Positions 1-9,658 of a stretch of DNA of 43,797 nt are shown here, piece after piece. The notes under the pieces were generated by a model. The model had not been told where the DNA came from. It worked only from the letters and a program-made list of their open reading frames with translations, and searched no databases. Origin of the DNA: an uncultured Methanosarcinales archaeon. Its GTDB lineage: Archaea; Nanobdellota; Nanobdellia; Woesearchaeales; JABIAG01. Each line of letters begins with the position of its first letter. The first letter of the stretch is position 1. The stretch is from the NCBI GenBank assembly GCA_964427985.1, contig CAYRWJ010000002.1, forward strand, positions 1 to 43,797, read 5' to 3'. The translations under genes and the position numbers were made by a program.

Positions 1-1021
1 TCCATGCTTCTAAATCGAACTTTTTAGCAGCAACAGTGCCCATATCCGCAGTACAAATTTGAACTACTCTAAAATGTAAATTAAGACTGATAAAAAATTC
101 TTTAGCATTATTTAATAAATCATCATGAAGTTTTTCTGAATTTTCTGGTTTACATAAAACAATTTGTTCAACTTTAGTAAATTGGTGAACTCTCCAAATT
201 CCTTTATCTCCTTGATGTGCTCCAACTTCTCTTCTAAAACAATGACTTAACCCCGCCATTTTTATTGGAAGCTTTTTCTCTTCTAATGCCTCATTCATAT
301 ACATTGCAGTAAGTGGATGTTCAGAAGTCGCAATTAAATAAAAGTTATCAGGTTGAACATTATACATGACATTTTCAAAATCATCTAAATCAGTTACACC
401 TTCATACGCTTTTCTATTCATCAGGTGCGGTGGGATAATAAGTTCAAAATCTTTTTTAGTCATGAAATCAACTGCATATCTTTGAAGTGCAAGATCTAAT
501 AAAGCTAAATCTCCTTTTAAAAAATAAAATCTGGCACCACTAATTTTAGCAGCACGTTCTAAATCAACTAAATTTAACTTTTCTATTAAGTCAATGTGGG
601 ATGAAGGTTCAAATTTAAACTCAGGTTTTTTATTAATTTGTTCAACCTCAACATTATCTTCTTCTGTTTCACCAACGGGAACAGACTCATGAAGAATATT
701 TGGAAGGCCCATAAGTTTAGTTTTTATATTAGTTAATAATTTTTCAATTTTAATTTCGATCTCATTAAGTTTTTTAGGAATAGCTTTAGCTTCTTGCATT
801 AAATTAGTTACATCTTCTCCATTCTTTTTACCTTCACTAACTTTTTTAGAAACTTCATTACGTTTTTGTCTAAGAGTTTGAGATTCACTTAATAAGTTTC
901 TATATTCCTCATCGTCATGAAGAACTTCATCAACCCAAGTCTTTTTTTCAAAATCTCTGCGTTTTTCTAAATCATTTCGAATAACATCGGGGTTTTCTCT
1001 TAAGTATTTTAAGTCAATCAT
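1..1021 (-). CDS. serS: seryl-tRNA synthetase; N-terminal 340 codons, 3' end runs off the left edge of the window
   Basis: Not in the ORF track because there is no stop inside the window. Minus-strand ATG at 1021-1019, open to position 1. Translation starts MIDLKYLRENPDVIRNDLEKRRDFEKK (SerRS coiled-coil arm). It continues through FYLIATSEHPLTAMY and HCFRREVGAHQGDKGIWRVHQFTKVEQ (class II motif 2 as in SerRS). TATA-like atatataaata (complement of 1042-1052) lies about 25 nt upstream. Confidence 0.9.
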   Translation of the reverse strand, partial: MIDLKYLRENPDVIRNDLEKRRDFEKKTWVDEVLHDDEEYRNLLSESQTLRQKRNEVSKKVSEGKKNGEDVTNLMQEAKAIPKKLNEIEIKIEKLLTNIKTKLMGLPNILHESVPVGETEEDNVEVEQINKKPEFKFEPSSHIDLIEKLNLVDLERAAKISGARFYFLKGDLALLDLALQRYAVDFMTKKDFELIIPPHLMNRKAYEGVTDLDDFENVMYNVQPDNFYLIATSEHPLTAMYMNEALEEKKLPIKMAGLSHCFRREVGAHQGDKGIWRVHQFTKVEQIVLCKPENSEKLHDDLLNNAKEFFISLNLHFRVVQICTADMGTVAAKKFDLEAW

Positions 1022-1063
1022 GTATTTAAGAGATAAGAAGGTATTTATATATTTTTTGTGTAA

Positions 1064-1645
1064 TTATACTTCATCAACAAATATTAAATCATCAGGCCAA
1101 TCCTTTTTTATGTGCCCCTTTTCCATGTTATATGCGGGAAGATAATTGTGATGAATTCTAATAAGTTTAGTTAAAGAGGTGGTGTTAACACGTCTTATGC
1201 AATCCTTCCCTAATTTACTTCTAAGATATTGAACAATTTTTGTATTGAATTCTTCAATTAAACCCTCGTTATCTTTAGCATCTAAAGCAATAATTAATGC
1301 AAGATGTCCGTTTGAATCTCCTAGATAAGCAAAACTAATATATTTAGAATTAAGTAACCGCCATTTTGCATCACTTTCTAATTTTTCAATATATTCTTTT
1401 TTACTAATTCCTATTTTAAATTGGATAACAAACAGTTTTTTAGCCCCAAAAATTTCCATGCCGAACTCTCCTTTGTCTAAGGAAGTATAATAACGTAAAG
1501 ATTTGTTTTCTTCTAACTTTTTTCTTCGTCTATTGACGGTCATTACTGGAATTCCTGTTCTTTTAGAAATTTCACTATCTGATGCTCGCGTATTTCTAAT
1601 AAGCTCTTTAACAATCTTTTGTTCAGTTTCGTCTAATTTAACCAT
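1064..1645 (-). CDS. Lrp/AsnC-family transcriptional regulator
   Basis: 193-aa ORF. N-terminal HTH EQKIVKELIRNTRASDSEISKRTGIPVMTVNRRRKKLEE is typical of Lrp/AsnC, followed by an alpha/beta effector-type domain. Confidence 0.75.
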   Translation of the reverse strand: MVKLDETEQKIVKELIRNTRASDSEISKRTGIPVMTVNRRRKKLEENKSLRYYTSLDKGEFGMEIFGAKKLFVIQFKIGISKKEYIEKLESDAKWRLLNSKYISFAYLGDSNGHLALIIALDAKDNEGLIEEFNTKIVQYLRSKLGKDCIRRVNTTSLTKLIRIHHNYLPAYNMEKGHIKKDWPDDLIFVDEV

Positions 1646-1721
1646 CTTTGTTAGTTATTTGGTAAGATATAACATAAATGTGGGGTAAAGTATATAAATG
1701 TTTTTCTTTTTATTTATTTTA

Positions 1722-2486
1722 ATGAATGATTTAGATACTGAACGAGATGAATTAGGGTTGAAAGATACTTTAGAAAAAGCCGAACAAGATTTAAATTTAC
1801 ATCGAATTTCTCCTAATGAACGACCAAACGAACTTAAAGTTTTGCTTGAAGAAGTATGTCAACGTTTTTGTATAAAAGATGATTGTGCAGTAAATCCTGA
1901 TTTTGGAAGTGTTCTTAGTATGCCTCAGGGGGTAACAACACAATATTTTATACATTATGACCCTGAAAATCCTAAACGAAAAGTTAAATCTAATGAAGGG
2001 AGGGGTGATGGAAAGAGAATAGTTCCCGCATTTCTTTGTTGTAGAGACTTAATGATTGATGGTGAATTAATAACGCGATATGGCGTATTTGTTGTAAGAA
2101 ATGATTCAATGGGAAAAGATCCACATTTTTATGAACAAGCGTTTATTTTAAGTGCATGTGGGAGTGGACATTTAAGAACTAATATTTCTTTTGTAGGTGA
2201 AAGCGACCCGGTAAATACTAGTTTAGCAATGGATGAAATGCAATTAGCAGTAAATGTAACTAGAAGAATGGCAGAAGTTTATGGTGAAGATGGAGTTCAT
2301 TTTTTAGTAAATGAAATGGGAAGACATAGATATTTTATGGGAGAAAAATTACAAAGGCCGGTAAGTGTTGAAGAAGCATTTGATGGTTATGTGGCGCGAT
2401 ATGCTAATGGTGCAAAACCAATTTTAATGGAACACAAACCTGAATTAATAAGAGAATTACATGAACATTTTGATCATGTTGCATGA
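1722..2486 (+). CDS. hypothetical protein, no family recognised
   Basis: Long ORF. The ORF-track start at 1698 sits inside the TATA box (tatataaa 1691-1698). The first ATG at the usual 24-nt spacing is 1722 (MNDLDTERDEL). Composition is less Lys-rich than the neighbours. Confidence 0.6.
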   Translation: MNDLDTERDELGLKDTLEKAEQDLNLHRISPNERPNELKVLLEEVCQRFCIKDDCAVNPDFGSVLSMPQGVTTQYFIHYDPENPKRKVKSNEGRGDGKRIVPAFLCCRDLMIDGELITRYGVFVVRNDSMGKDPHFYEQAFILSACGSGHLRTNISFVGESDPVNTSLAMDEMQLAVNVTRRMAEVYGEDGVHFLVNEMGRHRYFMGEKLQRPVSVEEAFDGYVARYANGAKPILMEHKPELIRELHEHFDHVA

Positions 2487-4316
2487 TTATTTTTTAAGAA
2501 TAATAATTTCTTCATTTTTTCTTAAAGCAGAAGAAAGTTTTTCACCTAATTTTCCTTTTTTATTAAGTCTAACTGTTGAATTTTTACCCGTAGTGGCAGT
2601 TGCAACAATATCTGAATGTAAATAAATATTAACTTCTTTATTTTTCATACCTTTATTTAATTGAAAAGTAATAGCATTTTTATCTTCATGAACATCAAAT
2701 CTTAATTCATTATTATCTTGTTTATCTCTTTTTTTTGGAGTTCCTTCTAATTCTCTAATATCCAAACTCATTCCTAGTGCTTCTTCCATCTGAGCAATAT
2801 GTGCGCCTTGTTTTCCAATAATTCTTGCAATAGCTTCATCCGGAACGTAAACAATTGCTTTTTCAGGAGAAGCAATTTCAACTTTAACATCATCTGCATA
2901 ATTCTTCATATAATCTTCAATAGTTTCTCGAGCAAGTTTGTTAACGCCACGCTCAACAATTTTAGTATCAGTAACAGGAATAAGAACTGTTTCTTCACCA
3001 TAAGAATAAAGTTCATATTCTGCTTGGTTAGTTTCAAAATCACGAATAACAACAACAGGACGAGCTAAATCTGCTTCAGTCATACCCGCAGGAACTTTAA
3101 CTTCCATTTTCAATGAAAGAACTTTAAAAACAGTACCATTTTTAATAAAAATAACCGTATCAATAACTTGAGGAATAACTCCTAATTCAATTCTTCCAAC
3201 AAATCTTTGAATTGCATCAACTGGAGCAGTACCATGAATAACCCCTGCAAGACCAATACCTGCTAATCTTAAATCCGCATAAAGTAGAAAATCATCAGTG
3301 TTACGCATTTCATCAAACAAAGTATAATCGGGACGTGAAAGTAATAAAATATCTTTAACTTCTTCAGGAGTACCATGCGAAATAGCATATTGAGTTACTT
3401 CATCAGGAAGAACTAAATCTCTTGGAGCCTCAATAGTCTTAACAATTTTCCCTTGTTTAGCATAATGTAGAGTTAAAGCAGCAGCAAAAGTAGATTTACC
3501 CATACCTGGACTTCCAGCAATTAAAACACCCTCTGCTTGTTTACAAATTCTAGCATTTAATTTTTCAGAAAGTTGATACTCTTCTAACGTAAGTTGTTTA
3601 ACTGGACGAACAGCAGTAATTTCCCACCCATCCGAAAATGGCGGTCGAGTAATAACTATTCTAAATAATCCTAATTGTACTATTGTTGAACCCTCTCTTT
3701 CTATTTCAATAAAACCATCACTTCTTGAACGTGTAGCTTCAATAATTTCTCTAGCAACATCTTGAACATCTTTTTGTGATAATCTTTTTTTGGATAAAGA
3801 AACAAATTCTAAATTTCCTGGTGTTCCTTTTTTAGCAGTAGGAAGTGTGCCTTCTTTCAAATGAACAGACATAGTAATTAAATCGAAATAAGATTCTAAT
3901 TTTAATTTAATTTTTTCTTTTGATTGTGCAATAAAAATAGCATTAATTCCTTTAGCTCTAGCAACTTTGTATTGAACTTTATCGGCAGTAATTAAAGTAG
4001 CTTCTTCATCATAAGCTAATTGTCTAATTAAAGCATCAATTTCTCCAAGATGAGCATCTCTGATATGATTGAATGTTGGTCTATTGCCTGTAAAACGAAC
4101 TTTATCTTTAAGAAGAGTTCTAATGGTTTCTATTTCTTCCAAACCCATTAACCCAATTATTTTACCTTCGTTAGCTTGATGTTCTAATTCTGCAAGAACT
4201 GCTTCATGAATGATAAGTTCTTCAATTTCTAATTCTTTATTTAATTTAGAAGATATAATCCCTTCTACAATAACAGATGTATCAGGTACTAATTTGGATA
4301 TAATTTCTTTAGTCAT
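2487..4316 (-). CDS. PIN domain - PilT-like ATPase - KH domain protein (archaeal COG1855-type)
   Basis: 609 aa. N-terminal PIN-like segment (LVPDTSVIVEG), P-loop GSPGMGKSTFAAAL, and a C-terminal KH GxxG motif IARIIGKQGAHIAQMEE. Confidence 0.8.
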   Translation of the reverse strand: MTKEIISKLVPDTSVIVEGIISSKLNKELEIEELIIHEAVLAELEHQANEGKIIGLMGLEEIETIRTLLKDKVRFTGNRPTFNHIRDAHLGEIDALIRQLAYDEEATLITADKVQYKVARAKGINAIFIAQSKEKIKLKLESYFDLITMSVHLKEGTLPTAKKGTPGNLEFVSLSKKRLSQKDVQDVAREIIEATRSRSDGFIEIEREGSTIVQLGLFRIVITRPPFSDGWEITAVRPVKQLTLEEYQLSEKLNARICKQAEGVLIAGSPGMGKSTFAAALTLHYAKQGKIVKTIEAPRDLVLPDEVTQYAISHGTPEEVKDILLLSRPDYTLFDEMRNTDDFLLYADLRLAGIGLAGVIHGTAPVDAIQRFVGRIELGVIPQVIDTVIFIKNGTVFKVLSLKMEVKVPAGMTEADLARPVVVIRDFETNQAEYELYSYGEETVLIPVTDTKIVERGVNKLARETIEDYMKNYADDVKVEIASPEKAIVYVPDEAIARIIGKQGAHIAQMEEALGMSLDIRELEGTPKKRDKQDNNELRFDVHEDKNAITFQLNKGMKNKEVNIYLHSDIVATATTGKNSTVRLNKKGKLGEKLSSALRKNEEIIILKK

Positions 4317-4355
4317 AAAAAAAGGTTAACTTGAAAGGTATTTAAAGGTTTGTTT

Positions 4356-5702
4356 TTATAGTTTAACATTACCGCCTTGTAATTTCTTCATCATGGATTG
4401 CATTTTCTTTTCACTACCGCCCATATTTTTCATCAATTTTTTACTCTGTTTATATTGTTTAAGAAGTTCTCTAACTTCATGAGTTGAAGTTCCACTACCT
4501 TTAGCAATACGTTCAACTCTATCTCCCGAAATAACTTTATCGGGTTCTTCTAATTCTTCTTTAGTGCAAGAATCCATAATAAATCTCCATTTTTTTAATT
4601 TACCTTCTTGAACTTGTAATGCTTCTTTAGGCATTTTAATCTGAGACATTCCAGGAATCATCTCCATAACCTTAGACATAGGACCCATTTTTTTCATAGC
4701 CTTCATTTGTTCATACAAATCAATTAAGTTAAACTCTCCTTTTAATAATTTTTTACCTAAATCCTGGGCTTCTTCTTCATCAATAGCGTCTTTTGCTTTT
4801 TCCATTAAAGCTTCTATATCGCCCATTCCCAAAAGTCTAGAAACAAAACCAGAAGGATTAAAAATTTCTAAATCATCAACCTTCTCACCAACACCAATAA
4901 ACTTAATTGGTGCTTTAGTAACAGAACAAGCAGTTAATGCTCCGCCACCTTTAGCAGTACCTTCCATTTTAGTAATAATAACTCCCGTAATGCCACAAGA
5001 TTCATGAAATTGTTCTGCTTGTTTTTGAGCAGTCTGACCAATATCTGCAGAAATTATTAATAATTTTTCTTTAGGTTGAACGGCTTTAGTAATGCCTTCA
5101 ATTTCTTTAATTAAATCTTTAGAAAGCGCATCTCTACCCGCAGTATCAACAATTACAATATCATATTCTTTAATTTCTTTCTCTATGCTTTTCCAAATCT
5201 TTAAAGGATTTTTTTCTTTTTTATTAACAAATGAATCTACTTGTGCACTTTTAGCAACTTGTTCAAGTTGGTCCATAGCAGCAGGTCTCCAAACATCTAA
5301 ACCCACTACACAAACTTTTTTACTTCTTTTTTTATAATATTTTGCAAGTTTTCCTGCAGAAGTTGTTTTCCCACTTCCAAATAAACCAACCAACATAATT
5401 TTAGTTGGCTTTTCTTTAATATCAAGCTCTTTTTTTTCTTCACCTAAGAATTTAACAAGTTCTTCATAAACAATCTTTACTAAAGCTTCTTTTTTGTTTA
5501 ATCCTGGCGAATCATCTTTTAAAGCTCTTTTTTTAATTTCTTTAGTAAGTTCAAGAACTAATTTTACATTAACATCAGATTGTAAAAGTGCCTTTTGAAT
5601 TTCTTTAACAATCTCATTAATCAGTTTTTCATCTACAAAAATTGCTTTAGTAATTTTACTTAAAGTTTCTTTTAAACTACTCCCTAACTTTTCTAATACC
5701 AT
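4356..5702 (-). CDS. srp54: signal recognition particle protein SRP54
   Basis: 448 aa. SRP GTPase boxes GLFGSGKTTSAGKLA, DTAGR and TKMEGTAKGG. Met-rich M domain MKAMKKMGPMSKVMEMIPGM. TATA ctttataaata about 25 nt upstream. Confidence 0.95.
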   Translation of the reverse strand: MVLEKLGSSLKETLSKITKAIFVDEKLINEIVKEIQKALLQSDVNVKLVLELTKEIKKRALKDDSPGLNKKEALVKIVYEELVKFLGEEKKELDIKEKPTKIMLVGLFGSGKTTSAGKLAKYYKKRSKKVCVVGLDVWRPAAMDQLEQVAKSAQVDSFVNKKEKNPLKIWKSIEKEIKEYDIVIVDTAGRDALSKDLIKEIEGITKAVQPKEKLLIISADIGQTAQKQAEQFHESCGITGVIITKMEGTAKGGGALTACSVTKAPIKFIGVGEKVDDLEIFNPSGFVSRLLGMGDIEALMEKAKDAIDEEEAQDLGKKLLKGEFNLIDLYEQMKAMKKMGPMSKVMEMIPGMSQIKMPKEALQVQEGKLKKWRFIMDSCTKEELEEPDKVISGDRVERIAKGSGTSTHEVRELLKQYKQSKKLMKNMGGSEKKMQSMMKKLQGGNVKL

Positions 5703-5734
5703 TGTAATAATGAGAATATTTTATTTATAAAGTT

Positions 5735-6181
5735 TTACCTTAACCAGTCATAACCCTCTGCAGTTTGATAATTTTGAGGATTATCTTCATCTGAATCATG
5801 AAATGGATGTTCTCTAATTCTACTTTCATGAGAAGTTATATCCTTTTGAGTTGCAGGCAAAAGTCCGAGTAATAGTTGAGCTCTTGCTCTTAATTCAGGA
5901 GAATAATGATGCCCCATTCCCAAAAAAGCATTTTTAGTACACACATATTTTAAAAAATCTACTGTGTAAGGAATACGAATGTTAGAAATGTTTATTAAAG
6001 CACTAAGTTTATCTTTGTTACGTACAAACCGATTTTTAACTGCGTCTATGTGCCTAAATAATTCATTGACGGTATCAAAAACTGCTCCTTGTTCTCCTTT
6101 ATCCTGAGTAGCATGTAGTTCTCTAATAATAATTTGATCGCGTCTTTTGCTGCCCCAATCATCGTTTTCAAATAATGTCAT
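5735..6181 (-). CDS. hypothetical protein
   Basis: 148-aa ORF filling the gap between srp54 and the MBL gene. No recognisable motif. Arg/His/Gln-rich composition unlike the neighbours. Confidence 0.5.
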   Translation of the reverse strand: MTLFENDDWGSKRRDQIIIRELHATQDKGEQGAVFDTVNELFRHIDAVKNRFVRNKDKLSALINISNIRIPYTVDFLKYVCTKNAFLGMGHHYSPELRARAQLLLGLLPATQKDITSHESRIREHPFHDSDEDNPQNYQTAEGYDWLR

Positions 6182-6273
6182 TTTAATTTCGGAAGGGGGA
6201 GTTACTTAAAAGACTTTCTCTTAAAGTCTAGAAAATAGCAATATTTATATACGTTTAAACCCCTAATTTTAAT

Positions 6274-6903
6274 ATGATTATAGAATGGTTAGGTCATGCC
6301 AGTATAAAAATCAAAACAAAAAATAAAATAATATACATAGACCCTTATTCTGGAGATTATACTGACGCAGAAAAAGCTGACTTAATACTAATAACTCATT
6401 CTCATTATGACCATTTTTCAAAAGAAAAAATAAAAAAAATAATTGTGGATGATACAATAATTATTGCACCACCTTCAGTTGGCGCAGAAATAGAAACCGA
6501 AATAATGAAAAACGGAGATAAAAAAGAAATAAAAGGATTAAAAATAGAAGCAGTAGCAGCTTATAATGTAACTAAATCCTATCATCCAAAGGGAGAAGGA
6601 AATGGTTATGTATTTGAAATAGAAGGTAAAAAAGTATATTATTCTGGAGATACAGATTTGATTCCTGAAATGAATTTAATTGAAGCAGATATAGTCTTGT
6701 TGCCAGTTGGAGGAACTTACACAATGGATGCAGAAGAGGCAGCATCTGCCGCAAATATAATCGGACCTGAAATAGCAATTCCAATACACTGGGGTGAAAT
6801 AGTAGGACATGAAGAAGATGCTGAACAATTTAAAGAAGAAGTAGAAAGTGAAACTGAAGTAAAAGTAAAAATTATTAAACCTGGCGAGAGTATAGAAATT
6901 TAG
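6274..6903 (+). CDS. metallo-beta-lactamase-fold hydrolase (UPF0173-like)
   Basis: 209 aa. LGHASIKI, IYIDPY, HxHxDH zinc motif THSHYDH, then GGTYTMD and IPIHWG. Confidence 0.85.
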   Translation: MIIEWLGHASIKIKTKNKIIYIDPYSGDYTDAEKADLILITHSHYDHFSKEKIKKIIVDDTIIIAPPSVGAEIETEIMKNGDKKEIKGLKIEAVAAYNVTKSYHPKGEGNGYVFEIEGKKVYYSGDTDLIPEMNLIEADIVLLPVGGTYTMDAEEAASAANIIGPEIAIPIHWGEIVGHEEDAEQFKEEVESETEVKVKIIKPGESIEI

Positions 6904-7607
6904 TTTTCTATGATAACTTCCATTCCTTCTTTTACAAATTCAACAATTAATTCAAAAATATCTTTGTTATGCAATCTAATACATCCGCCGCTAATTTTAT
7001 GACCCATGCAGTCAGAATCGTTAGTACCATGAATTCCTGTGGGCGAGGTTGGTTGTGGGGGAGTGTAATTAAATAGTTGTGCAAAAGTTTTATCTTCCAA
7101 AAAACATTTTTGGTTACGTCTGCTTGGATGGTTAAGAGTAACTTGGTCAAAAGGAATGTGGGTTGTTTCTGCAATATGTTCAAAAATAGGTTTCCATTTT
7201 TCTTCCATGAATTCACGCCAATCTCTTAACACTTCACCGGTTTCTAAAAAAGAATAATATCTAATTATATCTGGAGGAAGAGGAAAATCAAGTCCAATTA
7301 AACCATTCCCATAAACATTTCTTCCTGCATCTTCAAAAGGTTTACCAAATTTGTGCGCAAGATAAAAAGGATAATACGCAAGATTAGGTTGAACTGGTAA
7401 TCGTGGCTGCCAATTTTCACTATTTGCAAGAAGAGTTACTAATTTAATAGTAAATTTACCTTCTGGTGTTCTAAAATCTTCTTCATATATTCTGGCTTTG
7501 CCATCTGTCCGTTCTCCAATAGCAATAGGATACTCTCTTATTATGGTAGTTCCTTCTAATACTCTTAATTTATACTCGCTTTTGGTAATATGTAATATTC
7601 TTGTCAT
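6900..7607 (-). CDS. YkuD-type L,D-transpeptidase catalytic-domain protein with a large internal insertion
   Basis: 235 aa. N-terminal YKLRVLEGTTIIREYPIAIG...TPEGKFTI and C-terminal GIHGTNDSDCMGHKISGGCIRLHNKDIFEL match the YkuD His/Cys motif. The catalytic Cys codon is at 6983-6981. No signal peptide or TM segment visible. Confidence 0.7.
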   Translation of the reverse strand: MTRILHITKSEYKLRVLEGTTIIREYPIAIGERTDGKARIYEEDFRTPEGKFTIKLVTLLANSENWQPRLPVQPNLAYYPFYLAHKFGKPFEDAGRNVYGNGLIGLDFPLPPDIIRYYSFLETGEVLRDWREFMEEKWKPIFEHIAETTHIPFDQVTLNHPSRRNQKCFLEDKTFAQLFNYTPPQPTSPTGIHGTNDSDCMGHKISGGCIRLHNKDIFELIVEFVKEGMEVIIEN

Positions 7608-7658
7608 ACTTTGTTAATAATTAATGCTTTTTTTTAAAGATGTTGTAAGTCTTAGGTT

Positions 7659-7687
7659 GATATTAATTATTCCTTCAACTTTGTTAT
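7659..7687 (-). repeat. degenerate copy of an internal 3'-proximal thrS segment, located downstream of the thrS stop
   Basis: attccttcaactttgttat (7669-7687) is identical to 7775-7793 inside thrS. Similarity extends to about 29 nt (7659-7687 vs 7764-7793) with one indel and one mismatch. Confidence 0.7.
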
Positions 7688-7716
7688 TGTTGAAATATAG
7701 AAATCAATATAACAAA

Positions 7717-9603
7717 TTATTTCTTATTTTTTATTTCTTCTAATAACCTTTCTTGGAATTCAGAATATTTAATCATTCCTTCAACTTTGTTATCTCTAGT
7801 TCTAACAGTAACTGTTTTATCATTGATTTCTTTATCGCCAACAACTAAAATGTAATTATATCTTTGCAATTCTGAATCTCTAACCTTCTTAGGAATACTT
7901 TCAGTTCTAGCATCAATATCGCATCTAATTCCTGCAGATTTTAAAGAAGAAGCAACTTCTTCAGCATATTCTTGAAATCTATCTGCAACAGGAAGAACAA
8001 TAACTTGATTTGGATTAATCCATAAAGGAAGTTTTCCAGCATAATGTTCTATTAAAACACCCATAAATCTTTCTACACTACCTAAAATAGTTCTATGCAA
8101 CATAACTGGTTTGTGTTTAGTTCCATCTTTTCCTTCATAAGATAAATCAAATTTTTCAGGCATTTGAAAATCAAGTTGGATAGTTCCACATTGCCAAGTT
8201 CTTCCAATAGCATCTTTTAAATGGAAATCAATTTTTGGTCCATAAAAAGCACCATCACCTTCATTAACAACAAATTCTTTTTTAGATTCAACTAAAACTT
8301 CTTTTAATTTAGTTTCGGCAATATCCCAAAGTTTTTCATCACCCATTGCTTTTTCTGGACGAGTTGAAAGTTCAATATGAAATTCAAATCCAAAAGTACT
8401 ATAAATTTCATCCATAAAATTAATTAAATCATTAACTTCACTTTTAATTTGGTCTTCCGTACAAAAAACATGAGCATCATCCTGAGTAAAAGCTCTAACT
8501 CTAAACAAGCCAGATAATACTCCGGATAATTCATGTCTATGAACTAAACCAAATTCTCCTGCTCTTAAAGGAAGGTCTCTATATGAATGAGATTTGGTTT
8601 TATAAATTAAAATATTTCCTGGACAATTCATTGGTTTAACAGCATAATCATTGTTATCAATTTTAGTATAATACATATTTTCTTTATAATGATCCCAATG
8701 TCCTGACTGAAGCCATAAACTTTTATTAAGAATTATGGGGGTTTTGTTAATTTCATAATTTCTAATAATCATTTTTTCCATTACAAAATTAACTAATTTA
8801 TTCCAAATGTAAGTCCCTCTATCATGAAAAAAAGGCATGCCTGGAGCTTCATCATGAAATGAGAAAAAATCAAGTTCTTTTCCAATTTTTCTATGGTCTC
8901 TTTTTTCAGCTTCTTCAATTAAGATTGTGTATTTGTTTAATAATTTTTTATCTGGAAATGAAACTCCATAAATTCTTTGTAAAGAATCATTACTAGAATC
9001 AGCTTTCCAATATGCAGACCCGATTTTAGTTAATTTGAAAGCTTTAAGATATCCTGTTGAGGGAACATGAGGGCCTTTACATAAATCTCTAAATCCATCA
9101 TTAGTATAAATTGTAATATTTTCTAATTCTTCAATCATCTCTAATTTATATTTATTATTTTTGAACATTTCTTTAGCTTCATCTTTAGAAGCATTAACCT
9201 TGACAAAAGGTAAATCTTTTTCAACAAACTCTTTCATCTTAGATTCAATTTTTTCTAAATCTTCTGGCTTGAAGGGTTCACTAGCAAAATCATAATAAAA
9301 ACCATTATCTATGCTTGGACCAATTGTAGGTAAAGCGTTAGGATATAATTCTTTAACTGCCATAGCCATTAAATGGGCAGAGGAGTGCCAAAAAATTTGT
9401 TTTCCTTCTTCATCATTAAAAGTAAGAATTTGGATTTTACAATCAGTAGAAATGGTTGTAGTTAAATCAGTTGTAGTTCCGTCGATTTTAATTGCTAAAG
9501 CTGCTTTAGCTAGTCGTTCTCCAATACCTTGTGCAATTTCTAATCCTGTAACTTCTGCTTCAAACTGTTTTTTGCTTCCATCTGGAAATTCAATATTTAT
9601 CAT
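7717..9603 (-). CDS. thrS: threonyl-tRNA synthetase, bacterial-type architecture (TGS + N2 editing + class II core + anticodon-binding domain)
   Basis: 628 aa. TGS-like N-terminus MINIEFPDGSKKQFEAEVTGLEIAQGI. Editing-site motifs HSSAHLMAMA and CKGPHV. Class II core FRVRAFTQDDAHVF. Confidence 0.95.
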   Translation of the reverse strand: MINIEFPDGSKKQFEAEVTGLEIAQGIGERLAKAALAIKIDGTTTDLTTTISTDCKIQILTFNDEEGKQIFWHSSAHLMAMAVKELYPNALPTIGPSIDNGFYYDFASEPFKPEDLEKIESKMKEFVEKDLPFVKVNASKDEAKEMFKNNKYKLEMIEELENITIYTNDGFRDLCKGPHVPSTGYLKAFKLTKIGSAYWKADSSNDSLQRIYGVSFPDKKLLNKYTILIEEAEKRDHRKIGKELDFFSFHDEAPGMPFFHDRGTYIWNKLVNFVMEKMIIRNYEINKTPIILNKSLWLQSGHWDHYKENMYYTKIDNNDYAVKPMNCPGNILIYKTKSHSYRDLPLRAGEFGLVHRHELSGVLSGLFRVRAFTQDDAHVFCTEDQIKSEVNDLINFMDEIYSTFGFEFHIELSTRPEKAMGDEKLWDIAETKLKEVLVESKKEFVVNEGDGAFYGPKIDFHLKDAIGRTWQCGTIQLDFQMPEKFDLSYEGKDGTKHKPVMLHRTILGSVERFMGVLIEHYAGKLPLWINPNQVIVLPVADRFQEYAEEVASSLKSAGIRCDIDARTESIPKKVRDSELQRYNYILVVGDKEINDKTVTVRTRDNKVEGMIKYSEFQERLLEEIKNKK

Positions 9604-9658
9604 AGTAAATAAAAGAAAAAGAAATTGATTAATAAATTTAACTATTTAAACTAGAATA

